The notes: generated by a model from the sequence alone, not told the origin. Positions 1-10,467 are shown, counted from the stretch's first letter. The stretch: DNA of 64,000 nt from an uncultured Verrucomicrobiae bacterium (GCA_963815455.1 CAWFGO010000001.1:1-64000), one strand, 5' to 3'. Numbers and translations: made by a program.

Positions 1-430
1 TATCGCCGGCCTCGACGATCTCAACAATTTTGCGAACGGCCGACGAATATAAAAACGTGTGATCGACCATGAGGGTTAGCGATTTGGAATGCGCAATTTC
101 GATCAGCTCCTCACATTCCGCGGACGACGCCGCCATCGGCTTTTCCAGGAATGTGTGTTTTCCTGCCAACAGACTCGCCTTGGCTAACGGGTAATGATAT
201 TTGACGGGGGTCGCGATTACGATCGCATCGAGATCGAACTGATGGAAGAACGCGTCATAATCATTGACCGTGCACACGTCTGGATAGAGACGTTTCACAT
301 GGCCGAGACGCGTATCGCTCAAATCGCAAACCGCTTTGAGCTGGCAATTGGCGACGTCCCGGAAATTCCGGATCAGCAGCGGCCCCCAATAGCCGCAGCC
401 GACCACCCCTACCGAAATCGGTGTTGTCAT
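1..430 (-). CDS. Gfo/Idh/MocA family oxidoreductase (3' truncated by window edge)
   Basis: Not in the ORF track. Manual translation from ATG at 430 gives MTTPISVGVVGCGYWGPLLIRNFR...ATP...H...GKHTFLEKPMA...VDHTFLYS; ATGA overlap with the upstream gene stop. Confidence 0.9.
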   Translation of the reverse strand, partial: MTTPISVGVVGCGYWGPLLIRNFRDVANCQLKAVCDLSDTRLGHVKRLYPDVCTVNDYDAFFHQFDLDAIVIATPVKYHYPLAKASLLAGKHTFLEKPMAASSAECEELIEIAHSKSLTLMVDHTFLYSSAVRKIVEIVEAGD

Positions 431-1464
431 ATTTTCTTCACGGCTCCGTTCAATCCTTCACCCAAATGAGACCGGGCGGCTTCTGGCAGAGACCTGGAAG
501 ACGAACGTTGCCGGGCTTTGAATATTTCCCGAATCAGCGTCGGGAAAGTTCTGCAGATAATCGCCAGATCGAGCCAGATCGACATCCGGCTGACGTAAAA
601 CAAGTCGAGGGCGATCATCTCACTGAAGGTAGTATCGTTCTTGCCGTTGACCTGCCATTGGCCGGTTAGGCCGGGAAGCGCATCGAGCCGCGGCTGCTGC
701 CACGTTTCATAGCGTGCAAATTCACCTGGCAGACAGGGCCGCGGGCCGACGAGGCTCATATCACCACGAAGGACATTAAAGATTTGCGGCAATTCATCGA
801 GACCACTCGCGCGAATAAGACGGCCACCCGGAATCACGCGGGAATCGCCGGCTGCATCGAGCTTGGTCATCGGGCGCTCCTCCTGCATGAGCTGCGCAAA
901 GTATTCCTCGTGCGTCCGAGTGTCGGCATGGACGTGCATGGTGCGAAATTTAAAGAGCATGAAACGACTTCGCCGGTAACCGACGCGTTCTTGCCGGTAG
1001 AAGATTGGGCCCGGCGATGTGGCGCGAACCCACGCCATTACCAATATCATGAGAGGCAACCAACAAACCGAACTCAGAACAATGCAGGTAATATCAAAAA
1101 TCCGTTTCCAGCGTGGCACGCGAGCGACTCGCCGACCATTCTGCAGACTGCGGCCCGAACTGGTCGGATCGGTCGCCTGGGCCGCGCGTCCATTACCACG
1201 CGATCGCGATAATTCGCGCCGGCCATCCGCCGATGATCGATCAGCCGCGAACGTTTCGGAAGCAGCCTGGCTCAAGACAATCCCGTGGGCTGCATCCGTT
1301 GCCGGCGATGAATCATGGCCAGAATCTCCATTCGCTCCGTTTTCCGGTGATTTTCGTCGAGCCGGCCCGGGAAAGGAGCCGTTCGCCAATTTTGGCGCGC
1401 CAGTCTTCCGGAGCAAGCGGCCGCCCTTGGTTGATCGGCCCATTTTTCGGTCGAAACCGTTCAT
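427..1464 (-). CDS. Sugar transferase (WcaJ/WbaP-type phosphoglycosyltransferase, Bac_transf domain)
   Basis: KRIFDI, PIFYRQERVG, FKFRTM, GLDELPQIFNVLRGDMSLVGPRP, PGLTGQWQV motifs. The N-terminal ~110 aa are low-complexity and the start is uncertain. Confidence 0.9.
   Translation of the reverse strand: MNGFDRKMGRSTKGGRLLRKTGAPKLANGSFPGPARRKSPENGANGDSGHDSSPATDAAHGIVLSQAASETFAADRSSADGRRELSRSRGNGRAAQATDPTSSGRSLQNGRRVARVPRWKRIFDITCIVLSSVCWLPLMILVMAWVRATSPGPIFYRQERVGYRRSRFMLFKFRTMHVHADTRTHEEYFAQLMQEERPMTKLDAAGDSRVIPGGRLIRASGLDELPQIFNVLRGDMSLVGPRPCLPGEFARYETWQQPRLDALPGLTGQWQVNGKNDTTFSEMIALDLFYVSRMSIWLDLAIICRTFPTLIREIFKARQRSSSRSLPEAARSHLGEGLNGAVKKI
1415..1431 (-). promoter_or_regulatory. ops/JUMPstart-like element, copy A
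   Basis: Minus strand ACCAAGGGCGGCCGCTT, preceded by a hairpin; 16/17 identical to copies B and C. Confidence 0.45.
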
Positions 1465-1808
1465 TCTTTCGGCAACCCCATAGGGAATTTATCTACGCGT
1501 TGTCAGTCGTTTCCGTCGCAGGCATTACCACGAGCCGTGCCAATTCTTTCGATATTCAGGAAACCAGAATCGCCGCGCACGCATTTCTCCTTTTCGACAA
1601 ACGACTTATGGAATTCTCGCCGCGATCAAGATCGACGACACGGGACAACTGGACGCGAGAAAAAAGCCTCGTTTTGAGGCCAGCCTCGGCCATTATTAAG
1701 CCCACGGTGGAATTGTTTCTAGCCCACCCCTGATTCAGTGATTTCTGCAGACCAAAGCGACAAAAGAGGGTCTGGTTAGGCCCTCTTTCATGTTCGAACT
1801 TCCGGGGC

Positions 1809-1825
1809 AAGCTGCCGCCCTTGGT
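1809..1825 (-). promoter_or_regulatory. ops/JUMPstart-like element, copy B
   Basis: Minus strand ACCAAGGGCGGCAGCTT, identical to 2231-2247; resembles the enterobacterial CCARGGGCGGTAGC. Confidence 0.55.
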
Positions 1826-2230
1826 TGGTAGCCGGATTTCGACCGACAAGCATTTCTTCTTCGTTATTTCTTGCCCCAGTACCCTTCTCCGAGAACTGCG
1901 CGGGGAGGTTCGCGAAAAAAGCAAAGAACTCCTCCCGCCAGGAATTCGAATGGCATGAATCCGCCAAGCGAGTAGTTCTTGTCACAGGAGGTTATCCTTT
2001 GGGAATTTTTTGTGGTCAACCTACGAAAAATTCTCACCCACGAGGGAAAAATAGGAGCAATCGGCAGAGTTTTGGCGTCGGCCCACACCGCGAGGACGAG
2101 CGGGGTGTTCGGCCTTGGACGGCCTGGCGCCGAAAATTCGGTGACACCGATGGCGCGGAACGCAATGCGAACCCTGGGGGTGCTTCACTTGTTAGCTGCG
2201 CTTTCTTAGAGGGAGAGGTCCCTTCTGAAT

Positions 2231-2247
2231 AAGCTGCCGCCCTTGGT
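2231..2247 (-). promoter_or_regulatory. ops/JUMPstart-like element, copy C
   Basis: Minus strand GTCAACC-aagctgc-GGTTGAC hairpin running directly into CAAGGGCGGCAGCTT. Confidence 0.55.
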
Positions 2248-2532
2248 CAACCGCAGCTTGGTTGACTAAACCCGATAGATCGACTGTCCATGATTCTTGA
2301 TTTCTCACACTATTTATGATAATGAGAGCGTAAGATTTATCCTACGCATAATAGATCACCATTTTTGGATGCCATATGTCAATGTTATAATACGCTCGGG
2401 CACTACCTAAATGGGATGCAATCTCGTTGATCCAATCTGGCAACCGTGCTGGCCAGAGTAGGCCGACAATTCCCAATTCAAGTGAGATAATTTTTCCTAC
2501 ATCCGCGCAAATAAGGGAAAAACCTCCTGGCT

Positions 2533-3177
2533 TTACTGTAACAATCCCACGCGCGCTGCGTATTGGGTCAGCTCGACATTCGAGCGCAGGCCAAGCTTCT
2601 TGAGAAGACGAGCCCGATAGGTACTCACCGTTTTGGAATCGATCGACAAATGGGACGCTATTTCGATGCCCTTTCTGCCAGCGATGATCATTTGGAAAAC
2701 TTCGAACTCACGCGGCGATAGACCCTCCAAATCAAACGATTTGCTTCCCGGATTGATCGCGCGCTTCTTTTCTCCGCTAAATTCCTGGCCAAAATAGGCG
2801 TTGCCGCGAAGGATCTGCTCGATGGCATGGATCAATTCGCCTTCCAACGTCGCTTTCGAGACATAGCCATCGGCTTCGCCCCGCTGGGCTCGTCGCACGA
2901 ATTGCGCGCTGTCATTCATGCTTAGCATCAGAACTGCGGTATTTGGCCAACGCAGTTTTAGATCCCCCAATAGATCAAAGCCACTTCGGCCCGGCAGACT
3001 CACATCGAGCAAAATGAGATCGACGGCGTTGCAGATGCAATAGCCGATCGCTTCCATGGCGTTTTGCGCTTCGGCGAATTCAGCTTCGAAAAAATTCCCC
3101 AGCACCTGTCGGACACCGCTCCGGACAAGAGGATGATCGTCAACAATGAAAAATCTCAGGGTCTTAGCTTGCGTCAC
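2533..3177 (-). CDS. NarL/LuxR-family response regulator (REC + HTH)
   Basis: IVDDHPLVRSG, LLDVSLPGRSG, LSPREFEVF...IA..L.I..KTVSTYRARLLKKLG; GTG start at 3177 inferred. Confidence 0.92.
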   Translation of the reverse strand: MTQAKTLRFFIVDDHPLVRSGVRQVLGNFFEAEFAEAQNAMEAIGYCICNAVDLILLDVSLPGRSGFDLLGDLKLRWPNTAVLMLSMNDSAQFVRRAQRGEADGYVSKATLEGELIHAIEQILRGNAYFGQEFSGEKKRAINPGSKSFDLEGLSPREFEVFQMIIAGRKGIEIASHLSIDSKTVSTYRARLLKKLGLRSNVELTQYAARVGLLQ

Positions 3178-4239
3178 AAGGTCCTTCCACCACGACCCGG
3201 GTCCCCCTCGCGGTACCAATAATATTGGCCTGTAGTCCCACGGTAAGCGCGCGTTCCTGCATTCCGATCAAACCGAGACCGGAAAAGGCGCCCTTACGGC
3301 GCGGCAGACGGCCCGTTCCGTTATCGGAAACTACCAACCGCAGATTCCGATCCGTGAAATTAAGATCGACAGAAATCTCGGAAGCATTTGCGTGTCGGAC
3401 CACATTGGTTAGCGCCTCCTTGAAAATGCGATACACCGCTGTGGCCTTCTCCGGATCGACCAGAGGGCTCGTTTTCGGGAAGCGAGAGCTTGCAAGCAAT
3501 CGATGTCCGTCTCTCGAATGCTCTGGATTCCTCCTCCAACGCTGCCACCAGACCCAATTGGTCAAGGGTTCTCGGACGCAAGTCCAGTGACACGCTCCGA
3601 GCCGTGCTCATCGCCTCGTTGATGGACTTGTTCATATCTTCCAAGTGTCTCACCCAATTTTCTAAGGCAATCCGCTCCATATTCCTTCTTCAAAGCTTGC
3701 TCTAGGGAAATTACCGCCAGCTTCAAGGCGGTGAGACTTTGCCCCATCCGATCGTGCATCTCTATGGAGAGGCGCTTCGACTCGTCCTCTACTAATGTCT
3801 GATTACGCTTGGCCAGTGCCCGTAACTCAATTCGAGAACGATTGAGCTCCGTGTCGATGGTTTTCCGAGCGGTAACGTCACGGAGATTGATGATGACCGC
3901 CCCAATTTTCGGGTCGCAAAGATGGCTGGTCCAAACGCACTCGGCCCAATACCATGCCCCGTTCTTGTGTCGATACCGACATGTCACCTCTTTCGAGACC
4001 CCATCCTTTTCCTGTGCAGCCCTAAAAGCCTCCACCACCGCGACCAAATCCTCTGGATGCACGAATTCCGAGAAGTTTCGGCCGACGGGCTCGCTTTCAG
4101 TATATCCCGCGATGCGGGTCACTGCCGGAGACGCATATTGAATCGTCCCGTCGGAGCTGCAAATGCCGATTATTTCTAAGCTGTTCTCGAGGAGATGCCG
4201 AATCGGCTTCTCCTTAATTGCCCCTATTGTGAAGTCCAT
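3164..4239 (-). CDS. PAS-domain sensor histidine kinase (HisKA_3 + HATPase), split by two frameshifts
   Basis: PAS (FVHPED, YRHKNGAWYW) and EMHDRMGQSLTAL in 3562..4239; LRPRTLDQLGL in 3360..3680; EALTNVVRHA/SDNG/GLGLIGMQERA in 3164..3565. Confidence 0.85.
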
Positions 4240-4506
4240 TCGGTCTCGTCTCCTGGGAGATAGGTCAATGCAAGGTCATGTCTTCCCGCGGGTTGCACGA
4301 CAAATCGCCCGCCCATCCGCGAACCTATCGGCCAGAAAAGGCACCCAGACAATTCCAAAATCGGCCCTTGGAAAGGGTGGCAAGCACTTTCTTCTTGAAC
4401 CGTGCGCCTATTTTGTCAGATAACTCTTACATCATCTGAGGGGAGCCCGCCGGCTCGAAACCTTTTAACAGCCTGTGATAAGTTCCGGGAAAGAGATAAT
4501 GACGTA

Positions 4507-4695
4507 ATGACCGCCGCGATTGCGCTTGGCCTGCTGATCGTTCTCCTGGTCGCGATCGCTTGTCTAATGCGGCCGCCCGGTGGCAAAGCGGGAAGTTGCG
4601 GGATGTGCGGTTTGCAGCTGCCTGGCCTTTCTGCGGAGAAGTTGAACCGGTTTCAGACCGAATGCCCCAGGTGTCAGCACACAAACTGGGTGTGA
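4507..4695 (+). CDS. Small membrane-anchored zinc-ribbon protein (62 aa)
   Basis: Hydrophobic N-terminus, then CGMC...CPRC; purine-rich RBS-like sequence upstream. Confidence 0.55.
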   Translation: MTAAIALGLLIVLLVAIACLMRPPGGKAGSCGMCGLQLPGLSAEKLNRFQTECPRCQHTNWV

Positions 4696-4755
4696 TGAAA
4701 GGGCTCGGATTTGGATTGTCTATCAAATGTATAGTTGTTACCATCGCCGATTGTA

Positions 4756-5529
4756 ATGACCGACCCCTTAGCCGCGGGTAATCGAAGCCCCAGCCGCTTT
4801 ACGACGACCCGCTGGAGCGTCGTGCTCGACTGTACCCACGCCAGAGACAATACGGCCATCGCCCGCGAGGCGCTGGGGCAACTCTGCCAGACCTATTGGC
4901 GGCCGATTTTCGCATTCATCTGCCGTCGCGGCTATTCCGTCACCGATGCCCAGGACCTTACCCAGGATTTTTTTCTCGCGGTGCTTGGAGGCAAATTGCT
5001 TCACCGGGCCGATCCGGACCGGGGCCGGTTCCGCACTTACCTGCTGCATGCGCTTCAGAATTTCCTGAATGACATGAAGGACAAACATCGCACGCGCAAG
5101 CGTGGAGGCGACATCCAGTTCATCTCGTGGGATGATTGGATGGCGGAAGCTCCATCACGATTGTCGATTCCGGAGCACGCGCTGGAGAGCTGGCCCGCAG
5201 AGCGTTTGTTCGATCTGCGCTGGGCAGCCACGGTCGTGGAGCACGCATTGCGAGAGCTGGCTGAAGAATGCGAAAGCCAGGGACGACGGCGCGTGTTCGA
5301 CGTTTTGAGCAGTGTTCTCAGCGCTGAGCGCGCCGACGTTTCCATTGTCGATCTGGCCAAGCGCCTGGGTGTTTCGGAGGGATCGGCCAAACGGTTGCTC
5401 CACGAGCTGCGGGAACGTTATCGCCGGCTGCTGCGCGAGGAAGTGGCCCACACCGTCGAAGCCCCGATCGTCATTGATGACGAGCTCCGTTATTTGTGCG
5501 CCGCGTTGGCGGCTGGAGCGAATCAATGA
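4756..5529 (+). CDS. ECF-type sigma-70 factor (kinase-associated PVC type)
   Basis: FTTTRWSVV, ALGQLCQTYWRPIFAF, DAQDLTQDFF, GRFRTYL, region-4 HTH; ATGA overlap with the kinase. Confidence 0.88.
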   Translation: MTDPLAAGNRSPSRFTTTRWSVVLDCTHARDNTAIAREALGQLCQTYWRPIFAFICRRGYSVTDAQDLTQDFFLAVLGGKLLHRADPDRGRFRTYLLHALQNFLNDMKDKHRTRKRGGDIQFISWDDWMAEAPSRLSIPEHALESWPAERLFDLRWAATVVEHALRELAEECESQGRRRVFDVLSSVLSAERADVSIVDLAKRLGVSEGSAKRLLHELRERYRRLLREEVAHTVEAPIVIDDELRYLCAALAAGANQ

Positions 5530-8402
5530 CGTTTTACGGCCTGACCGATGCGGCGCCCGGCGACGCTCACGAGAGATCCGGTTGCAAACAGTGCGGATCG
5601 ACAGTGCAAATCGCCAATGGACTGTGCGTAAATTGCATGCTGCACCCTGGGCTCGAGGGCGGCGGCAGCGATCGCCAAACGCTGGCCGCGGTGCTCACCG
5701 AAATCGACGTGCGAGATGCCGATTGGCGAATTGGCAACTACCAGGTTCTGGAGGAAATCGGCCGCGGCGGGATGGGTGTTATTTATCGCGCGCGGCAACG
5801 GCATTCCCGCCGCATTGTCGCACTCAAGCGAGTGTTGAGTTTCCACTCCGATTCGCGCGAAACACTGACGCGTTTCCGCCGGGAAGCGGAAGCGGCGGCG
5901 AGTCTCGACCATCCAAATATCCTGCCGATCTACGAAGTGGGCGAGACGGAAGACAGCCTGCCGTTTTTCAGCATGAAATTCGCCGTGGGAGGCACGTTGC
6001 TCCAAGCCCGATCTCGACTCCGCAACCAGCCTTCGGAAGTTGTTCGATTGATGGTAAAGGTAACGCGGGCTGTCCAATACGCGCACAGCCAGGGAATACT
6101 TCATCGCGACCTGAAGCCAGGAAACATCTTGCTCGACGGCCGAGGCGAACCGCTGGTGACCGATTTCGGCCTGGCGAAATGGCTCACCCAGGCGAGCGAT
6201 CTCACTCGCACACTCACGATTTTCGGGACGCCCGGCTACATTGCGCCCGAACAATCGAGCGGCTCGGCGACAACCTTGAATCCGACCTCCGATATCTACA
6301 GCCTCGGCGCAATTTTGTTCGATTTGCTCGCGGGACGTCCCCCATTTCTCGGCGAACACGCGCTTGCCGTGATCAGGCAAGCCGCGGAAAAGCCAGCGCC
6401 CAAGTTGCGCACACTTACCGCCTCGGTCGATCGCGATCTGGAAACAATCTGCGCACGCTGCCTGGAACGCGAACCTCAGGCGCGTTATCAATCGGCCGGC
6501 GATTTGGCCGAAGATCTCACGCGCTGGCTGGAATGCCGGCCCATCATTGCCCGCCCACTTCTCCCGCCAGTCCGCATTTGGCGCTGGTCGAAGCGAAATC
6601 CCAAACTGGCCGGCGCCGCGGCCGTATGGCTTTTTTCCGTCATTGCAGCAATTGCGAGTTTTTTCCTTTTTTCCCATCGCGTCGTTCCGCCGAGCTCCGC
6701 GCATCCTGTTAGGGAAAAGAGCATTGCCGTCCTGCCCTTTGCCAATGTCGGTAACGATAACGAAAGTGCCTATTTCACTGAAGGTGTGCACGATGAGACC
6801 CTGGCGGATTTAGCCAGAATTCGTGGATTAAAGGTCATTAGCAACACCTCCGTGATGCAATACCAGCCGGCTACGAAACGCGATTTCCGCGAGATTGCTC
6901 AGACGCTCGGCGTGGCCTACGTGATGAAGGGCAGTGTCGAGCGCACGTCCAATCAGGTGCGCGTGCATGTGCAGCTGATCGACGCCCAAACCGGCACCAA
7001 TGTCTGGGTCGGCGAATACGAGCGAGCGCCAGACGACATGTTCACGATACAAAGCGAGCTGGCCGAAAAAATCGTTGCCGAACTGAAAACCGAACTTTCG
7101 CCCGCGGAAAAGATCGCCATCGGACGACAACCGACGGTGGACCTGATCGCCTTCGACCTCTACGCGCACGCCAGAGTGCTCATCAACAAATCGACTTTTG
7201 GCGAGCCCAAAAGAGAGAACTTATTTGAAGCAGTGAGACTGCTGGAGGCCGCGACCAAACAGGATCCGTCGTTTTCTCTGGCCTATTACCAATTGGCCCA
7301 TGCTCACGACCAGATTTACTGGGCCTGGTTCGATCATTCAGAGCAACGACTTGCCCTGGCCGATGCAGCCATTCAATCTCTGCGCCACCGCAACCCCGAT
7401 TCCGGAGAAGCGCACCTCGCCCTGGCCAGGCATCTTTATTGGGGCTATCTCGATTATGATCGCGCGCGGCAGGAGCTCTCCGCGGCAAAAAACAGTTTGC
7501 CCAACAATCCGATGGTGTTCCTTTTGGCCGGCTATATCGATCGGCGGCAAGGACACTGGAAAGAGTCAATGGCTAACTTGAAGCGGGCATCGGAGTTGGA
7601 CCCGCGCAATCCGATTATTCCAAGCCAGATGGCGCTTAGCTATAAATTCCTCCGTCGCTATTCCGAAATGGCCGCGATGTTCGACCGCGCGCTCGCGCTC
7701 GCGCCCCAAAGCATGCGGGCAAAAATAGGTCGTGCCACGGTCGATCTCGATCAACGCGGCGATACCCGGCCTCTTCACTTAGTCATTGAGAGTCTGGTTG
7801 CGGCAAGCCCAAGCAACGCGGCTATGATTGCCGACGATTGGTTTGATTTGGCAATCGCCGAGCGCGATGCCGACGCCTCAGCTCGCGCCCTGTCGGTAAT
7901 GGGACCAAATGGGTATGGCCCCGAAGGCATTGTTTTCCCGCTGGCGTGGTGTGCAGGCCGCGTGGCTCTTCTCCGCGGTGACGCCGCTGGCGCACGGTCG
8001 GAATTCATGAAGGCTCGGAGCGAACTGCGTAAGAATCTTCGTGACCAACCAGAGGATGGTACTGTTTCATGCGCTCTCGGTCTGGTGGACGCCGCACTCG
8101 GGAACAAGAAGGCCGCGGTCCAGGAAGGGCGAAGAGCAGTGGCGTTGATGCCGCTCACCAAAAACGCAATTGATGGAGAACTATGCATTCAATATCTGGC
8201 GGCCATTTACGCTGCGGTCGGCGATAAAGATGCCGCCTTCGAACAACTGGCCGCGGCCGCAGGACTTCCCGGCTGTATGAACTACGGAGATCTGCGTCTC
8301 AATCCTTTCTGGGACCCGCTTCGCACCGACCCGCGTTTTGAAAACATCGTCGCCTCTTTGAACCGCGCGGCTATCGGTGCAGAAAAAGCTCCTAATCACT
8401 GA
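5526..8402 (+). CDS. Membrane Ser/Thr protein kinase with TolB-N-like and TPR domains
   Basis: GRGGMGVIY, VALK, HRDLKPGN, DFGLAK, GTPGYIAPE; TM helix; KSIAVLPFAN; TPR helices; N-terminal CxxC...CxxC. Confidence 0.95.
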   Translation: MTFYGLTDAAPGDAHERSGCKQCGSTVQIANGLCVNCMLHPGLEGGGSDRQTLAAVLTEIDVRDADWRIGNYQVLEEIGRGGMGVIYRARQRHSRRIVALKRVLSFHSDSRETLTRFRREAEAAASLDHPNILPIYEVGETEDSLPFFSMKFAVGGTLLQARSRLRNQPSEVVRLMVKVTRAVQYAHSQGILHRDLKPGNILLDGRGEPLVTDFGLAKWLTQASDLTRTLTIFGTPGYIAPEQSSGSATTLNPTSDIYSLGAILFDLLAGRPPFLGEHALAVIRQAAEKPAPKLRTLTASVDRDLETICARCLEREPQARYQSAGDLAEDLTRWLECRPIIARPLLPPVRIWRWSKRNPKLAGAAAVWLFSVIAAIASFFLFSHRVVPPSSAHPVREKSIAVLPFANVGNDNESAYFTEGVHDETLADLARIRGLKVISNTSVMQYQPATKRDFREIAQTLGVAYVMKGSVERTSNQVRVHVQLIDAQTGTNVWVGEYERAPDDMFTIQSELAEKIVAELKTELSPAEKIAIGRQPTVDLIAFDLYAHARVLINKSTFGEPKRENLFEAVRLLEAATKQDPSFSLAYYQLAHAHDQIYWAWFDHSEQRLALADAAIQSLRHRNPDSGEAHLALARHLYWGYLDYDRARQELSAAKNSLPNNPMVFLLAGYIDRRQGHWKESMANLKRASELDPRNPIIPSQMALSYKFLRRYSEMAAMFDRALALAPQSMRAKIGRATVDLDQRGDTRPLHLVIESLVAASPSNAAMIADDWFDLAIAERDADASARALSVMGPNGYGPEGIVFPLAWCAGRVALLRGDAAGARSEFMKARSELRKNLRDQPEDGTVSCALGLVDAALGNKKAAVQEGRRAVALMPLTKNAIDGELCIQYLAAIYAAVGDKDAAFEQLAAAAGLPGCMNYGDLRLNPFWDPLRTDPRFENIVASLNRAAIGAEKAPNH

Positions 8403-8412
8403 GCCAGCCGCG

Positions 8413-8895
8413 ATGTACGACAGAGACGTCGTCGTTTCGATGAAGCAACGCTGCTTCGACGATTTGAAGGCGGGTGACCGGTTTCGCTCGGGCCGGTTCG
8501 AAGTCACTGAAAGGCAGATCATCAACTTCGCCGTCGAGTTCGATCCCCAGCCGTTTCATCTCGATCCGAAAAAAGCGAAGGAGACGATTTTCAAAGGATT
8601 GATCGCGAGCGGCTGGCACACGGCATCCATCTCGATGCGGCTTTTTGTCCAGACAATGAACTTTGCCGAAGGCGCAATCGGCCTCGGGGTGGATGAACTG
8701 CGCTGGCCAAATCCGGTTCGCCCCGGCGATACGTTACAGGTCGAAACCGAGATCGTCGATGTCCGGCCGTCGAAGTCGAAACCGAAAAACGGAATTATTC
8801 GCATCCGAAACGTCACCACCAATCAGCGCGGTGAAATTGTGCAAACGATGTTCGCGAGCGCCTTGGTGCCGAAGCGAAGACCACAAGACGACTGA
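8413..8895 (+). CDS. MaoC family (hot-dog fold) dehydratase
   Basis: FDPQPFHLD, GLIASGWHT, LRWPNPVRPGD. Confidence 0.9.
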   Translation: MYDRDVVVSMKQRCFDDLKAGDRFRSGRFEVTERQIINFAVEFDPQPFHLDPKKAKETIFKGLIASGWHTASISMRLFVQTMNFAEGAIGLGVDELRWPNPVRPGDTLQVETEIVDVRPSKSKPKNGIIRIRNVTTNQRGEIVQTMFASALVPKRRPQDD

Positions 8896-8920
8896 CCACT
8901 GACAACAAGACCAAAGACTA
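8879..8920 (+). repeat. GACCAC(T)-type 7/8-mer tandem repeat, left flank of four-helix-bundle gene
   Basis: gaccacaa gacgact gaccact gacaacaa gaccaaa gacta. Confidence 0.75.
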
Positions 8921-8935
8921 GAAGGAGAACAGACT

Positions 8936-9385
8936 ATGAGAGATTACACGAAGATTGATGCTTGGAGGCTGGCGGATGATTTGACCGTTGCAGTCTATGA
9001 ACGCACACGATCGTTCCCGCGGGAGGAAATCTATGGGTTAACAAGTCAATTGCGTCGCGCTTCTTATTCAGTTCCGGCCAATATTGTCGAAGGCGCTTCG
9101 CGAGAAAGTAAAAAAGACTATCTTCATTTCCTTTACATTGCGCGAGGCTCGTTGTCCGAGACCCAATATTTTATCCACTTGGCGCAGCGACTCTATTACT
9201 TGCCTTCGGGAGAAGCCGACGTTTTGCGCGAGCAAACAAAGGTCGCCTTCGCCTGTTTGCACGGACTTATCCGCGCGGTCGAGAAAGAAGCCGGCAAACT
9301 CAGCAAGGTCGTCGCTACCATTACGAGTCTCGTTGCAATCGGACTGATGCGTTGGTCGGGCGGTCAGATGTCAGTGGTCTCGTAG
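8936..9385 (+). CDS. Four helix bundle protein (23S rRNA IVP / TIGR02436-like)
   Basis: FPREEIYGLTSQLRRASYSVPANIVEG, FLYIARGSLSET. Confidence 0.92.
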   Translation: MRDYTKIDAWRLADDLTVAVYERTRSFPREEIYGLTSQLRRASYSVPANIVEGASRESKKDYLHFLYIARGSLSETQYFIHLAQRLYYLPSGEADVLREQTKVAFACLHGLIRAVEKEAGKLSKVVATITSLVAIGLMRWSGGQMSVVS

Positions 9386-9394
9386 TCGGTGGTC
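9352..9394 (-). repeat. Inverted GACCAC 7/8-mer repeat, right flank of four-helix-bundle gene
   Basis: Reverse complement reads gaccacc gactacga gaccact gacatct gaccgccc gaccaa. Confidence 0.75.
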
Positions 9395-9399
9395 GATCT

Positions 9400-10389
<990 letters not shown>

Positions 10390-10401
10390 ATTTTGAACCG
10401 A

Positions 10402-10467
10402 CCGCGGATTACGCAGATCTACACGGATAAATGCAAAAACAATCTACGCAATCCGCGATATCCGCGG
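10402..10467. repeat. Nonamer-unit inverted repeat hairpin
   Basis: ccgcggatt acgcagatc tacacggat ... atctacgca atccgcgat atccgcgg, between the purM stop and the AKR start. Confidence 0.7.

Noticed and set aside
1556..2232. Short ORFs in the EPS leader
   Set aside because: Mutually overlapping, no recognisable domains or RBS; better explained as non-coding leader.
2353..2382. TTGACA on the minus strand as EPS promoter -35
   Set aside because: No acceptable -10 at 16-18 nt spacing.
5312..6791. Long alternative-frame and antisense ORFs (466 aa, 422 aa) over the kinase, and similar ones over purL, hpnO, GT-C and PHP genes
   Set aside because: Shadow ORFs typical of high-GC coding DNA; no motifs, Arg/Ala-rich composition.
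8936..9385. Diversity-generating retroelement (Avd-like fold)
   Set aside because: No reverse transcriptase or TR/VR repeat pair in the window.
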